DNA from: Gemmatimonadales bacterium
GTDB taxonomy: Bacteria; Gemmatimonadota; Gemmatimonadetes; Gemmatimonadales; GWC2-71-9
Length of the DNA: 64,000 nucleotides
Reading direction: 5' to 3'
Assembly (NCBI GenBank): GCA_041580775.1
Contig: JBFGDF010000003.1
Location: 2,806 to 66,805 of the forward strand
Position 1 is the stretch's first letter; every line of letters begins with the position of its first letter. The position numbers and the translations under genes were made by a program. The notes below the pieces were generated by a model. The model made no database searches, was not told the origin of the DNA, and saw nothing but the letters and a program-made list of their open reading frames with translations. Of the stretch, positions 18,109-27,618 are shown in pieces.

Positions 18109-20094
18109 ATGCGAAACACCCGGTTCGCCCTCCCGGTCGTTCTGCTCCTCGCGTGCGGCGCGACCTCGGTCGCTGCGGCGCAGAGCCCCGTGTCGGCCGA
18201 GCGCGCCCGTCCGCTCCCCTATCCGATCGATCTGCCCCGCGGATTCCAGCAGGCGATTGCCAACGGCACGCGGAGCACGACCGGCGCTCCGGGACCCACG
18301 TACTGGCAGAACTGGAGTCGCTACACGATCCGCGCGCGGCTCGATGTCGCGAACAAGCGAATCGACGGCACCGCGCGCATCGTCTACCTGAATCGGTCGC
18401 CGAAGCCGCTGCCGGTGCTCGCGCTTCAGCTCATTCAGAACGTCCACGCCGAGGGCGTCGTCCGGAACCGTCCCGCGGAAGTCACGGGCGGCATGGAGGT
18501 CAGGCGCGTCGTGGCGCAGGGCCGCGAGCTTCGCGCCGGCCAGGGTGGGGATTACCTCGTGCGGGGGACGGCGCTGCAGCTGCGGTTGCCGCGCCCGCTC
18601 GCCGCCGGGGACTCGGCGGTGCTGGAGCTCGACTTCGGCTACCGGATTCCCCAGGAAGGGGCCGGCGGGCGGATGGGCTGGAGTCGGGACAACCTCTTCT
18701 ACCTCGCCTACTGGTATCCGCAGATGGCCGTGTTCGACGACGTCGGCGGGTGGCAGACGGACGCCTTCCTCGGCAACGCCGAGTTCTACATGGGCTATGG
18801 CGACTACGACGTGACGCTCGAGGTCCCGGAGGGGTGGCTTGTCCAGGGGACCGGCCGGCTCGCGAATGCGGAAGCCGTGCTCCCCTCCACGATCGTGACC
18901 CGCCTGCAGGCTGCCCAGACGAGCGACACGGTCGTGCACGTGCTGACCGCGGCGGACTTCGGGCCCGGCACGGCCACCCGGCGATCGGAGTCCGGCATGC
19001 TCGCGTGGCGCTTCGCCGCCGACGCGGTGCGGGACGTGGCGTACAGCATCACGCGTGAGTCGCTGTGGGACGCGGCGCGGACCCCCGTGGGAGACCAGGA
19101 CGGCGACGGCCGACCCGATTACACGCTGGTGAACGCGATCTACCGCCAGACGGCGCCCGTCTGGGCCAGCGCGTGGCGCTACGCCCAGCACTCGATCGAT
19201 TTCCTGTCGCGCTGGACGGGGTATCCCTATCCGTGGCCGCACATGACCGCCGTCGAGGGCGAGGACATCATTGGCGGCGGGATGGAGTATCCGATGATGA
19301 CGCTGATCGGCGGGGCCTCGAACGACCGCGGGCTCTACGGCGTCACGGCGCACGAGCTGGCCCACATGTGGATCCCCATGATCGTCGGCAACGACGAGCG
19401 GCGGCACGCCTGGATGGACGAGGGCACCACCTCGTTCAACGGCGGCGCCGCCACCAACGACTTTTACGGCGGGCGTTCCGAGCTGGGCAATTATCGAGGA
19501 TATCTCCAGATCACCCGCACCGATCTCGAAGGCCCGATCATGACCTGGTCGGACTTCCACACGAACGGCTGGGCGTACGGCACGGCTTCGTACGCCAAGC
19601 CGGCTACGGTGCTCTGGACGCTGCGCGGATTGCTGGGCCCGGAGACGTTCGCCAAGGCATACCACACGTATGTCCGGCGCTGGGCATTCAAACACCCGCA
19701 GCCGTGGGACCTGTTCAACACCTTCAGCGATGTGAGCGGCCGGAACCTCGACTGGTTTTGGCGGTCGTGGTACTACGAGGCCTGGACGCTGGACCAGGCG
19801 GTGCAGGACGTGCGGGCGGGACGGAACGGCACGACGATTGTGGTCGAGGACCTCGGGCGCGTCCCGATGCCGGCGCGTCTCACGCTCACGCTCGTCAACG
19901 GGGACACGGTGCGCGCGGAGATTCCCGTGGAGCGGTGGCTCACGGGCGCGCGTCGCGCGGACATCACCGTTCGCACGTCGGCAGCCGTCGTCAGGGTGGA
20001 GATCGACGCCGAACAGGTCTTCCCGGATGCCGACCGGGGCAATAACCTCTGGACGGCGCCGCCGACCGCCGACCGGGCCCGCCCCCGGCCGTAA
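18109..20094 (+). CDS. M1-family zinc metallopeptidase (secreted)
   Basis: This is the internal ATG of ORF 17806..20094. It has a signal peptide and the HExxH-E motif HELAHMWIPMIVGNDERRHAWMDEG. Confidence 0.85.
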   Translation: MRNTRFALPVVLLLACGATSVAAAQSPVSAERARPLPYPIDLPRGFQQAIANGTRSTTGAPGPTYWQNWSRYTIRARLDVANKRIDGTARIVYLNRSPKPLPVLALQLIQNVHAEGVVRNRPAEVTGGMEVRRVVAQGRELRAGQGGDYLVRGTALQLRLPRPLAAGDSAVLELDFGYRIPQEGAGGRMGWSRDNLFYLAYWYPQMAVFDDVGGWQTDAFLGNAEFYMGYGDYDVTLEVPEGWLVQGTGRLANAEAVLPSTIVTRLQAAQTSDTVVHVLTAADFGPGTATRRSESGMLAWRFAADAVRDVAYSITRESLWDAARTPVGDQDGDGRPDYTLVNAIYRQTAPVWASAWRYAQHSIDFLSRWTGYPYPWPHMTAVEGEDIIGGGMEYPMMTLIGGASNDRGLYGVTAHELAHMWIPMIVGNDERRHAWMDEGTTSFNGGAATNDFYGGRSELGNYRGYLQITRTDLEGPIMTWSDFHTNGWAYGTASYAKPATVLWTLRGLLGPETFAKAYHTYVRRWAFKHPQPWDLFNTFSDVSGRNLDWFWRSWYYEAWTLDQAVQDVRAGRNGTTIVVEDLGRVPMPARLTLTLVNGDTVRAEIPVERWLTGARRADITVRTSAAVVRVEIDAEQVFPDADRGNNLWTAPPTADRARPRP

Positions 20095-20132
20095 AACGGC
20101 GACGTGGCGGCCGGACTTTTCGGGAGGAGTCC

Positions 20133-21776
20133 ATGATCCGCACACCCCTTCTCACGGCCGTGCTGGCCGCCGTGGCGGTGTGCCCCCTTGGGGCGCAGGC
20201 CCACGATCATCGACCGCAGAACGCGCCCGCCCCGGGCGCGGCGGTCCCGCTCTACGACAACCTCGGGAGCTACCACTACCCCGTCACGACGGTGGTTCCG
20301 CTTGCCCAACGGTTCTTCGACCAAGGCATCCGCCTGACGTGGGCCTTCAATCATGCGGAGGCCATCCGCGCCTTTGCCGAAGGTGAGCGGCTCGACTCGA
20401 CATGCGCGATGTGCGCGTGGGGCATCGCGCTCGCCGCCGGCCCGAACATCAACGCGCCGATGGACTCGGCGATGGGTGTGCTGGCCTACCAGGCCATCCA
20501 GCGCGCCCGCGCGGGAACGCGGCACGTGTCGCCGCGGGAAGGCGCCCTCATCACCGCGCTAGCCGAACGGTACGGCCCTGAGCCTCTCGCGAACCGCGCC
20601 GGCCGCGATTCCGCGTACGCCGCCGCCATGGCGCAGGCGGCGGGACGTTACCCCGACGACGTCGAGGCCCAGGTCCTTCACGCGGACGCCCTGATGAACC
20701 TGCGGCCGTGGGCCTACTGACTGCCGGACGGTGCGCCGGCCCCCGGCACCTCCACCCTGCTCGAGCGGCTCGAGCGCGCGCGCGCCCTGAACCCGGACCA
20801 TCCCGGTGCGTGCCACCTCTACATTCACGCCGTCGAGGCACGGGATCCCAAGCGCGCGGTGGCGTGTGCGGAGCGGCTGGCGACGCTGATGCCCGGCGCG
20901 GGGCATCTCGTGCACATGCCGGGACACATCTACATCCGCGTCGGGCGCTACGCGGACGCGATCGACGCAAACAAGCACGCCGTCCATGCGGACGAGTCCT
21001 ATCTCGAAGGACCGATGGTGAGTCGGGAGGGGCTCTATCCGCAGGGCTATTACCCGCACAACTACCACTTCATGAGTTTCGCGGCGTCTCTGGCGGGCGC
21101 GAGCCAGACCGCCATCGACGCGGCGCGACGGACCGCCGCACGCCTCGGTCCCGACGTGATCCGCCAGATTCCGTGGCTCGAGGCCGTCACGCCCATCGTG
21201 CCCTGGACACTGGTCACGTTCGGACGCTGGGACGAGGTCCTTGCCGAGCCCCTGCCACCCTCCGACCTGCGGTTCGCCACCGGGATGGCGTATTACGCCC
21301 GCGGAGTGGCGCTGGCCGCCCTCGGGCGTCGCGACGATGCGCAGACCACGCTCGACTCCGTGCGCGCAATCGCAGATCGCTTCCCGGACAATGACAACCG
21401 TACGGCCCTGCGGATCGCCGCGCACGCGCTCGCCGGTGAGATCGCGCTGCGCGGCGGCCGCCCTGCCGCGGCGGTCCGCGCGTTCCAGGCGGCGGCCGAG
21501 CTCGAAGACCGGCTCACCTACAACGAGCCGCCGACGTGGTATTACCCCATGCGCCACTCGCTCGGCAAAGCGTTGCTGGCGGCCGGTCGGCCCGTGGACG
21601 CCGAGCGGGTGTATCGGGAGGACCTGGAGCGGTTCCCCGAGAACGGGTGGTCGCTGTTCGGGCTCGTGCGGGCGCTCGAAGCCCAAGGACGCACGGCGGA
21701 GGCGCAACGTGTCGAGCGCCGCAGGGCGGCGGCGTGGAGCAGCGCCGATGTCGAGCTGACCGCTTCGCGGTTCTGA
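20133..21776 (+). pseudogene. TPR-like secreted protein interrupted by one in-frame TGA (20718-20720)
   Basis: Track ORFs 20133..20720 and 20859..21776 are in the same frame. Coding-like GC3 continues straight through the TGA (...NLRPWAY[TGA]LPDGAPAPGTSTLLERLERARALNPDHPGACHLYIHAVEA...). A GGGAGG SD sequence and a signal peptide sit at 20133. Confidence 0.7.
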
Positions 21777-21918
21777 CGCCTCGCTTCGCGAAGACCGACG
21801 GCGACGCTCCCGAATCTGCTTGACGGGTGGTGTCCCGTCGGTCCTCTTTCGGTCCGCTCGACTCCGTTCCAGAATCCGGCTCCGCATGGTGTGCGTGCCG
21901 CGCACCTAGGAGGCCCGC

Positions 21919-23154
21919 ATGCAGGCCGCCCTCGACCACCGCACGCTCTACCGACTCCCGTGGAGTCTCCCCGACAACGCCATCGCCTGGCTCGAGCCCA
22001 CCATGAAGTGCAACCTCGCGTGCGAGGGCTGCTACCGGGCCAACGTGGACGTGCACAAGTCGCTGCCGGAAGTGGCGGCCGATCTCGACGTCTTCGCGCG
22101 CGACCGCCGCGCAGATGGCATCTCGATCGCCGGCGGCGATCCGCTGACGCATCCGCAGATCGTCGAGATCGTGCGCCTGGTCACCCGTCGTGGGTGGAAG
22201 CCCATCCTCAACACCAACGGGCTGGCCCTCACCGACGAGCTGCTCCGGGAGCTCAAGCGGGCCGGACTCGCGGGCCTCACCTTCCACATCGACAGCAAGC
22301 AGGGCCGCCCCAAGTGGAAGGGGAAATCCGAGCAGGAGCTGAACGCCCTGCGGCTGGAGTACGCCGAGCGCGTGGCGCGGATCGGCGGGATCGCGTGCGC
22401 CTTCAACTCCACCGTGTTCGAAGACACGCTCGACGCGGTACCCGACCTGGTCGCGTGGGCGCAGGAGCACATCGACATCGTGCACGTCATGGTGTTCATC
22501 TGCTTCCGGGCCGCGGTGCTCGAAGGCGGGTTCGACTACTACGCTGGCGGGCAGCGCGTGGACATGGCCCCCTTGGCGTACGGGGAGCCGATCCCGAAGC
22601 AACGCACCGACATTTCGGCGCCGGAGGTCGTGGCCAGGATCCGCGAACGGTTCCCCGACTTCGAGCCGTGCGCGTACCTGAACGGCACGGAGAAGCCCGA
22701 CTCCTTCAAGTGGCTGCTGACGGCCAGACTGGGGACGAAGGACCGGATCTACGGCTACATGGGCCCGAAGCTGATCGAGCTGGCACAAACGGCGCATCAC
22801 CTCACGACGGGCCGGTACCTGGCGTACGCCGCGCCGCGCGTGCTGCGCAGCGGTCGATCGCTGCTGTGGCTATGGCCGTTCGATCGCGGAGTGCGCCGGG
22901 CGGCAGGGCGCGCGCTGCGGGATCCCCGGATTGCCGTCCGCCGGCTGCACCTCCAGTCCATCATGGTGATTCAGCCGATCGACGTCCTGCCGGACGGCCG
23001 ACAGAACATGTGCGACGGCTGCCCCGACATGACGGTCTGGAACGGACGGCTGGCGTGGTCCTGCCGGCTCGAGGAGTGTCTGCACTTCGGGCAGTTCGTG
23101 CGGACGGTACCGAAGGGGCGGGCGCTGCCACTGGCTACGGAGGGCTCGTCATGA
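21919..23154 (+). CDS. Radical SAM protein of unknown substrate
   Basis: An AGGAGG SD sequence is present. The CxxxCxxC motif occurs in LEPTMKCNLACEGCY, followed by ISIAGGDPL. The C-terminal Cys cluster is NMCDGCPDMTVWNGRLAWSCRLEEC. Confidence 0.85.
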   Translation: MQAALDHRTLYRLPWSLPDNAIAWLEPTMKCNLACEGCYRANVDVHKSLPEVAADLDVFARDRRADGISIAGGDPLTHPQIVEIVRLVTRRGWKPILNTNGLALTDELLRELKRAGLAGLTFHIDSKQGRPKWKGKSEQELNALRLEYAERVARIGGIACAFNSTVFEDTLDAVPDLVAWAQEHIDIVHVMVFICFRAAVLEGGFDYYAGGQRVDMAPLAYGEPIPKQRTDISAPEVVARIRERFPDFEPCAYLNGTEKPDSFKWLLTARLGTKDRIYGYMGPKLIELAQTAHHLTTGRYLAYAAPRVLRSGRSLLWLWPFDRGVRRAAGRALRDPRIAVRRLHLQSIMVIQPIDVLPDGRQNMCDGCPDMTVWNGRLAWSCRLEECLHFGQFVRTVPKGRALPLATEGSS

Positions 23155-23348
23155 AGCCAGCGGCCTTGGTCACCGGTCTCTTCTTGCTGCTGGTCTCCGC
23201 CGGTCATGTCCTGCGGCTGGTACTGCGCGTCGACGTGATCGTCGCGGACATCCCCATCCCGCTGTGGCCGAGCGTCGTCGCCATCCTCGTGCCGGCCGGG
23301 CTCGCCATCTGGCTCTGGCGCGAGCAGCAGGCGCCCGGAGGCCGCTAG
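23151..23348 (+). CDS. 65-aa two-helix membrane protein
   Basis: ATG 23151 overlaps the radical SAM stop (ATGA). The sequence is MKPAALVTGLFLLLVSAGHVLRLVLRVDVIVADIPIPLWPSVVAILVPAGLAIWLWREQ... Confidence 0.5.
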   Translation: MKPAALVTGLFLLLVSAGHVLRLVLRVDVIVADIPIPLWPSVVAILVPAGLAIWLWREQQAPGGR

Positions 23349-23366
23349 CGCCCTTGGAGCGGCCGG

Positions 23367-23543
23367 TCAGGACGTGCGGACGTCCCCCAGCTCCGCCCGC
23401 TCCTCCTCCTCGAGTTCGCGGATCAGGCAGTTGACGGTCTGTTGGACGAGCGACGTGAGAGCGACGCCCTGCCGCCGCGCCTCCCCTTCGTACGCGTGGA
23501 ACATCTCGTCGCTCAACTCGGCCCAGACGCGGACCTTGTGCAT
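23367..23543 (-). CDS. 58-aa ribbon-helix-helix (CopG-like) protein
   Basis: It falls below the ORF-track size cut-off; this is my own translation: MHKVRVWAELSDEMFHAYEGEARRQGVALTSLVQQTVNCLIRELEEEERAELGDVRTS. A GAAGGAGG SD sequence lies just upstream. It sits 13 nt downstream of the DUF35 gene stop. Confidence 0.55.
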   Translation of the reverse strand: MHKVRVWAELSDEMFHAYEGEARRQGVALTSLVQQTVNCLIRELEEEERAELGDVRTS

Positions 23544-23556
23544 GGGTCCCCTCCTT

Positions 23557-23949
23557 CTAGCCGATTGGCACGCCCTTGTGCCCGTAGCAGAGGATGCCGC
23601 TTTTGCCTTCCTTGCGGAGGCGCCGGAACTCGAGGGTCACCTCCATCCCCGGCTGCACTGCATCGGCCTCGCAGTCGGCAATCTGGACCATCAGACGGGC
23701 CCCTTCGGGAGTTTCGACCACGGCCATGGGATAGGGCGCTTCCATTTGAAACTCGGTCGGTGCCACGTGAATTACCGTCGAGGTCACGACGCGCCCCCGG
23801 CGCGATAGCGTTACTGGTTCCAACCCCTCCCCCCGGCACCCGGGGCAGACGGGACGCGTGGGAAACACCACCTTGCCGCATCCCCCGCACCGCCCGGCTT
23901 CCAGCCGATACCGCGCCGGGATTTCACGCCAGTATCTGGGACTCGGCAT
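23557..23949 (-). CDS. DUF35 Zn-ribbon/OB-fold protein (thiolase/HMGCS scaffold type)
   Basis: The Zn-ribbon motif is CGGCGKVVFPTRPVCPGC, followed by an OB-fold region. It lies immediately downstream of the thiolase gene. Confidence 0.85.
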   Translation of the reverse strand: MPSPRYWREIPARYRLEAGRCGGCGKVVFPTRPVCPGCRGEGLEPVTLSRRGRVVTSTVIHVAPTEFQMEAPYPMAVVETPEGARLMVQIADCEADAVQPGMEVTLEFRRLRKEGKSGILCYGHKGVPIG

Positions 23950-23952
23950 GGT

Positions 23953-25101
23953 TCACACCCTCTCGAGAATGTGGACGACGGCGCTGGCGCCGGAGCCGCC
24001 CATGTTCTGGGTGAGCCCGACGGCGGCATCGCGCACCTGGCGCTCGCCAGCTTCACCCCGCAGCTGCTCGAAGATCTCGATGACTTGCGCGATCCCCGTA
24101 GCGCCGACCGGGTGCCCCTTCGATTTCAAACCGCCACTGGTGTTTACGGGAATCCGGCCACCGAGCGCCGTCTCACCGGCCCGCGTCGCCTCGCCACTGC
24201 GGCCGCGCTCCGTGAAGCACAGCGCCTCCAGCACGCAGAGCTCCGCGATCGCGAAGCAGTCATGCACTTCGGCCACGTCGATGTCGGTCGGCGCGAGCCC
24301 CGCCATCGCGTACGCGCGTCCGCCGGCGACACTGACCGCGTCGAGAAACGCGGGATCGCGCCGGTCGGCGAGCGCCATCGAGGACGTCGCCATGCCGCTG
24401 GCCCGGATCCGTACGGGCCGATCCGTGAACTCCTTGGCGCGGGTCAGTGGGCAAAGCAGCACGGCGGCAGCCCCGTCGCTGACGGGCGAGCAGTGCAGCA
24501 GCCGGAGCGGATCTGCCACGAGCGACGACGCCATCACCTGTTCGGTCGTCACCTCGTGTCGGAACTGTGCCTTTGGATTGCGCGCGCCATGGCGGTGGTT
24601 CTTGACGGAGACTGCGGCGAGATCCGCTTCCGTGGTGCCGTGCGCGGCCATGTGGGCGCGCGCGATCAGCGCGTAGAGGCCGGGGAATGTGACGCCGTGA
24701 TAGACTTCGCTCTCCTGGTCCGCCGCACTGGCGAGCACACCCGTCACGTCGGCGCCATCGTTCATCTTCTCGACACCGGACGCGAGTACGAGATCGCTCA
24801 TGCCGCTCGCCACTTCCAGGAAGGCAGCCCGCAACGCGGCCCCCCCCGACGCGCAGGCCGACTCGACCCGCGTGGCCGGAACCCCAGCCATCCCGAGGTG
24901 GTCGGCCATCAGCGGGCCAAGGTGTTCCTGACCCACGAACTGCCCGCCGGACATGTTGCCCACGTAGATCGCATCGAGATGGTCGGCGCGGGCGTGTCGC
25001 AGGGTCTCGAGCGCCGCGTCGACGAAGAGATCTCGCAGACTCCGCTGCCACAGCTCCCCGAACGGCGTCATCCCCGCCGCGACGATGGCAACCTCGCGCA
25101 T
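23953..25101 (-). CDS. Thiolase-domain protein (archaeal-type acetoacetyl-CoA thiolase)
   Basis: Motifs present are [13 protein letters not shown] (nucleophile Cys region), [11 protein letters not shown] and [12 protein letters not shown]. Confidence 0.9.
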   Translation of the reverse strand: MREVAIVAAGMTPFGELWQRSLRDLFVDAALETLRHARADHLDAIYVGNMSGGQFVGQEHLGPLMADHLGMAGVPATRVESACASGGAALRAAFLEVASGMSDLVLASGVEKMNDGADVTGVLASAADQESEVYHGVTFPGLYALIARAHMAAHGTTEADLAAVSVKNHRHGARNPKAQFRHEVTTEQVMASSLVADPLRLLHCSPVSDGAAAVLLCPLTRAKEFTDRPVRIRASGMATSSMALADRRDPAFLDAVSVAGGRAYAMAGLAPTDIDVAEVHDCFAIAELCVLEALCFTERGRSGEATRAGETALGGRIPVNTSGGLKSKGHPVGATGIAQVIEIFEQLRGEAGERQVRDAAVGLTQNMGGSGASAVVHILERV

Positions 25102-25117
25102 GGGACCTCCTGTGCGG

Positions 25118-26164
25118 TTACTCGTTCAGCAGGATCTTCTCGCGGTACTTCGCATACTCGCCGTACGTGAGGTAGCGCCGCCGGCCGTCCAGCATGGACC
25201 GCACCGTGGGCGCCCGGCCGCGCCGTTCGGGCAGCAGCTCCGTCGCCTTCAACACGAACGCATCACTGCCCGCCCCGGAGCCGAACGAGGTGATGAGAAT
25301 CAAGTCACCGGACGCAGCCACGTCGAGAATCGCCGCGAGTCCCGTGGGCGACGAGCCGGAATACGTGTTCCCCATCGTCGAGACGACCCACCCAGTCTCA
25401 AGCTGGGCTTTCGTAAAGCCGAGTTCCCTACCGACGGAGAGCGGGAATTTCCCGTTGGGCATGTGAAACACCGCGTACCGGAAATCCCGCGCCGAGAGCC
25501 CGGTGCGTTCGAGGATCGCCCGCGTCGCCGCGGTCACGTGCCGGAAATAGGCAGGCTCGCCCGTGAATCGCCCGCCGTGGCGTGGATAGAACTCGCCTTC
25601 CCGCCGCCAGAAATCAGGCGTGTCGCTGGTATAGCTGTACGTCTCGACCACCTCGGCCAGGAGGTGCTTCGCGCCGAACAGATACGCGGCGCCCCCCGCG
25701 GACGCCGAGAACTCGAGGGCGTCGTTCGGCGCCCCCTGGGACGTGTCGGCGCCGATCCCCATGGCGTAGGGTGCGCGCCCGGACTCCACCACGCTCAGCG
25801 CAACGAACATCGCCTCGGTTCCGGCCTTGCACGCAAACTCGAAGTCGGCGACATGCACCTCCGGACCGATCCCGAGCGCCTCCGCCACCACGGTACCGCT
25901 CGGCTTGACCGCGTACGGATGGGACTCGGAGCCGATGTACAGCGCGCCCACCAGCCGCGGGTCGATGCCCGCTCGCTCGAGAGCGGCGCGTCCGGCTTCG
26001 ACCGAGATCGTGATCGTGTCCTCGTCGAGGCCCGGCACCGATTTCTCCTCGAGCAGGAGACCCCGACGGATGACCGCAGGGTCCTTGCCCCACTGGTGCG
26101 CGATGACTTCGGTTTTGATGCGATTGCGCGGGATGAACGCCCCGTACCCCACTATCCCAGCCAT
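25118..26164 (-). CDS. Hydroxymethylglutaryl-CoA synthase (archaeal-type)
   Basis: The sequence [17 protein letters not shown]..., the catalytic Cys context [13 protein letters not shown], and [10 protein letters not shown] are all present. Confidence 0.85.
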   Translation of the reverse strand: MAGIVGYGAFIPRNRIKTEVIAHQWGKDPAVIRRGLLLEEKSVPGLDEDTITISVEAGRAALERAGIDPRLVGALYIGSESHPYAVKPSGTVVAEALGIGPEVHVADFEFACKAGTEAMFVALSVVESGRAPYAMGIGADTSQGAPNDALEFSASAGGAAYLFGAKHLLAEVVETYSYTSDTPDFWRREGEFYPRHGGRFTGEPAYFRHVTAATRAILERTGLSARDFRYAVFHMPNGKFPLSVGRELGFTKAQLETGWVVSTMGNTYSGSSPTGLAAILDVAASGDLILITSFGSGAGSDAFVLKATELLPERRGRAPTVRSMLDGRRRYLTYGEYAKYREKILLNE

Positions 26165-26333
26165 GGGACACCTCGGTGGCTCGGGAGGATGCGCTGGCCG
26201 TCAGCCGGCGGGAACCCGGATCGTGCATCCAAGGAAGAGCCGGCGGTCTGAAGCGGAGATGAAGTGGGCCTGAAGACGTCTGGCGGGCGTGCCACGCGGG
26301 ACGTACCTCTCCGCAGAGACCGACGGTGAGGCA

Positions 26334-26660
26334 ATGATGAAGAAGCTACTCGGCTATCTCTGGTCGGTGGTCTTCGTCGCGTGGATCGTGATCGCGACGG
26401 TGCGCTGGCTCGAACATCCGGACGGCGTCCTGGGTGCCTTGACCCACTTGTGGCAGCACCTGCACGCGGACTGGATGCTGCTGCTGATCGTCTCGGACCT
26501 GCTGGTGTTCACGCTCTTGGCGATCGCCTGGCTCATCATCGACCTGCACCGGCGCGGCGCGTCCCCCGGGCGGATCGCGGCCTGGATCGCTCCGCTGTTC
26601 GTGCTTGGCAACGTCGTGCTGGTGGTGTACCTGCTCCGGCGTCCCACGCGAGCGTCATAG
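26334..26660 (+). CDS. Small integral membrane protein
   Basis: This is the internal ATG of ORF 26289..26660. It has three hydrophobic helices (LGYLWSVVFVAWIVIATV; WMLLLIVSDLLVFTLLAIAWLII; AAWIAPLFVLGNVVLVVYLL). Confidence 0.55.
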   Translation: MMKKLLGYLWSVVFVAWIVIATVRWLEHPDGVLGALTHLWQHLHADWMLLLIVSDLLVFTLLAIAWLIIDLHRRGASPGRIAAWIAPLFVLGNVVLVVYLLRRPTRAS

Positions 26661-26864
26661 GTGAAGACATCGTTGAGGGACCGCGAAAGGCACGCGGCGG
26701 GTATCGCACGGATGGTCAGCTGACGCCGGGGCTCGACTGCCTGCGGACGCCCCGCGACGGGGCGCGCCACGACGAATCCCGATCCCCGTGCGGTGAAGCG
26801 TCTTCCGGCGCATCTTTGGCTTGTCGCCCGGAGCTTCTCCCCTTGAGCACGGAGGCCACCCAGC

Positions 26865-27524
26865 ATGCCGCTCCGCATCGCCATCGTCACCCTTGCGGTG
26901 ACCGCGCTGTCCGCGCCGCTCGACGCGCAGCTCGCGACCCCGACGCACTGGCGCTGGATCACGGATGCCCCCGCCCAGCTCGTGACCGGCCAGGACGTGC
27001 CCGACTCGGCCTGGCGCTTCGTGACCATGGCACCGGGGTGGCATGTCACGACGGGACCAGGGGCCATCCTGTACGATCCGACGATCCGCGGGCAGGGGCG
27101 CTTCGGCATCGCGGCCGAGGTCTTCCTGTTCCCGGACTCCAAGAACGGCGAGTTCGGGCTCTTCTTCGGCGGCACCGAACTCGACGGCAGCCAGCGTCGC
27201 TACAGTGCGTTCGTGCTGCGGCGCGACGGCTTGGCCGCGGTGTACGTGCAGGATGGCGCGACCCGGCGATCCGTCGTTCCCTGGACCGCGTCCGACGCGG
27301 TCCAGCCACACCCCGGAACGGGCACGCTGAAGCACGTGCTCGGCATCGACGTAGAGCCCCGCGAGGTGACGTTCCGTGTGAACGGCGAGGCGGTCGCCAG
27401 CGTCCCGCGTGGGAGTGTGCCGGTCGAGGGCGCGATCGGGTTCCGGGCCGGTGCCGACGTCAACCTGCACTGGTCGACCCTCGATGTGACGTTCCGGCTC
27501 GCCGAGCCGCGTCCCCAGCGGTAA
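26865..27524 (+). CDS. Secreted hypothetical protein (possible concanavalin/DUF1080-like beta-sandwich)
   Basis: A signal peptide and high GC3 are present. The domain call is tentative. Confidence 0.5.
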   Translation: MPLRIAIVTLAVTALSAPLDAQLATPTHWRWITDAPAQLVTGQDVPDSAWRFVTMAPGWHVTTGPGAILYDPTIRGQGRFGIAAEVFLFPDSKNGEFGLFFGGTELDGSQRRYSAFVLRRDGLAAVYVQDGATRRSVVPWTASDAVQPHPGTGTLKHVLGIDVEPREVTFRVNGEAVASVPRGSVPVEGAIGFRAGADVNLHWSTLDVTFRLAEPRPQR

Positions 27525-27618
27525 GCGCGGTGTCGACGCGACTCCCGCCGTCCCACGGTGACGTCATGCGGATGTTCGTGCCGCCTCGCGCCACCCGAAT
27601 CCGTTCCCCGGAGGCCGG

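Noticed and set aside
18106-20145. A 679-aa minus-strand ORF.
   Set aside because: It is antisense to the M1 peptidase gene, which has the HExxH-E motif. Its composition is Arg/Pro/Gly-rich and it has no recognisable domain.
20859-21776. Treating the 305-aa ORF as a separate gene from 20133..20720.
   Set aside because: It is in the same frame, conserved-looking coding sequence continues through 20721-20858, and there is no SD sequence or start context at 20859. It is one gene interrupted by a single TGA.
26748-26764. The hairpin CGCCCCG-CGA-CGGGGCG downstream of the small membrane protein gene.
   Set aside because: It is a 7-bp stem with only a 3-nt loop, it has no T-tract on either strand, and it lies about 90 nt from the stop. 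Such GC palindromes are expected by chance in this composition.
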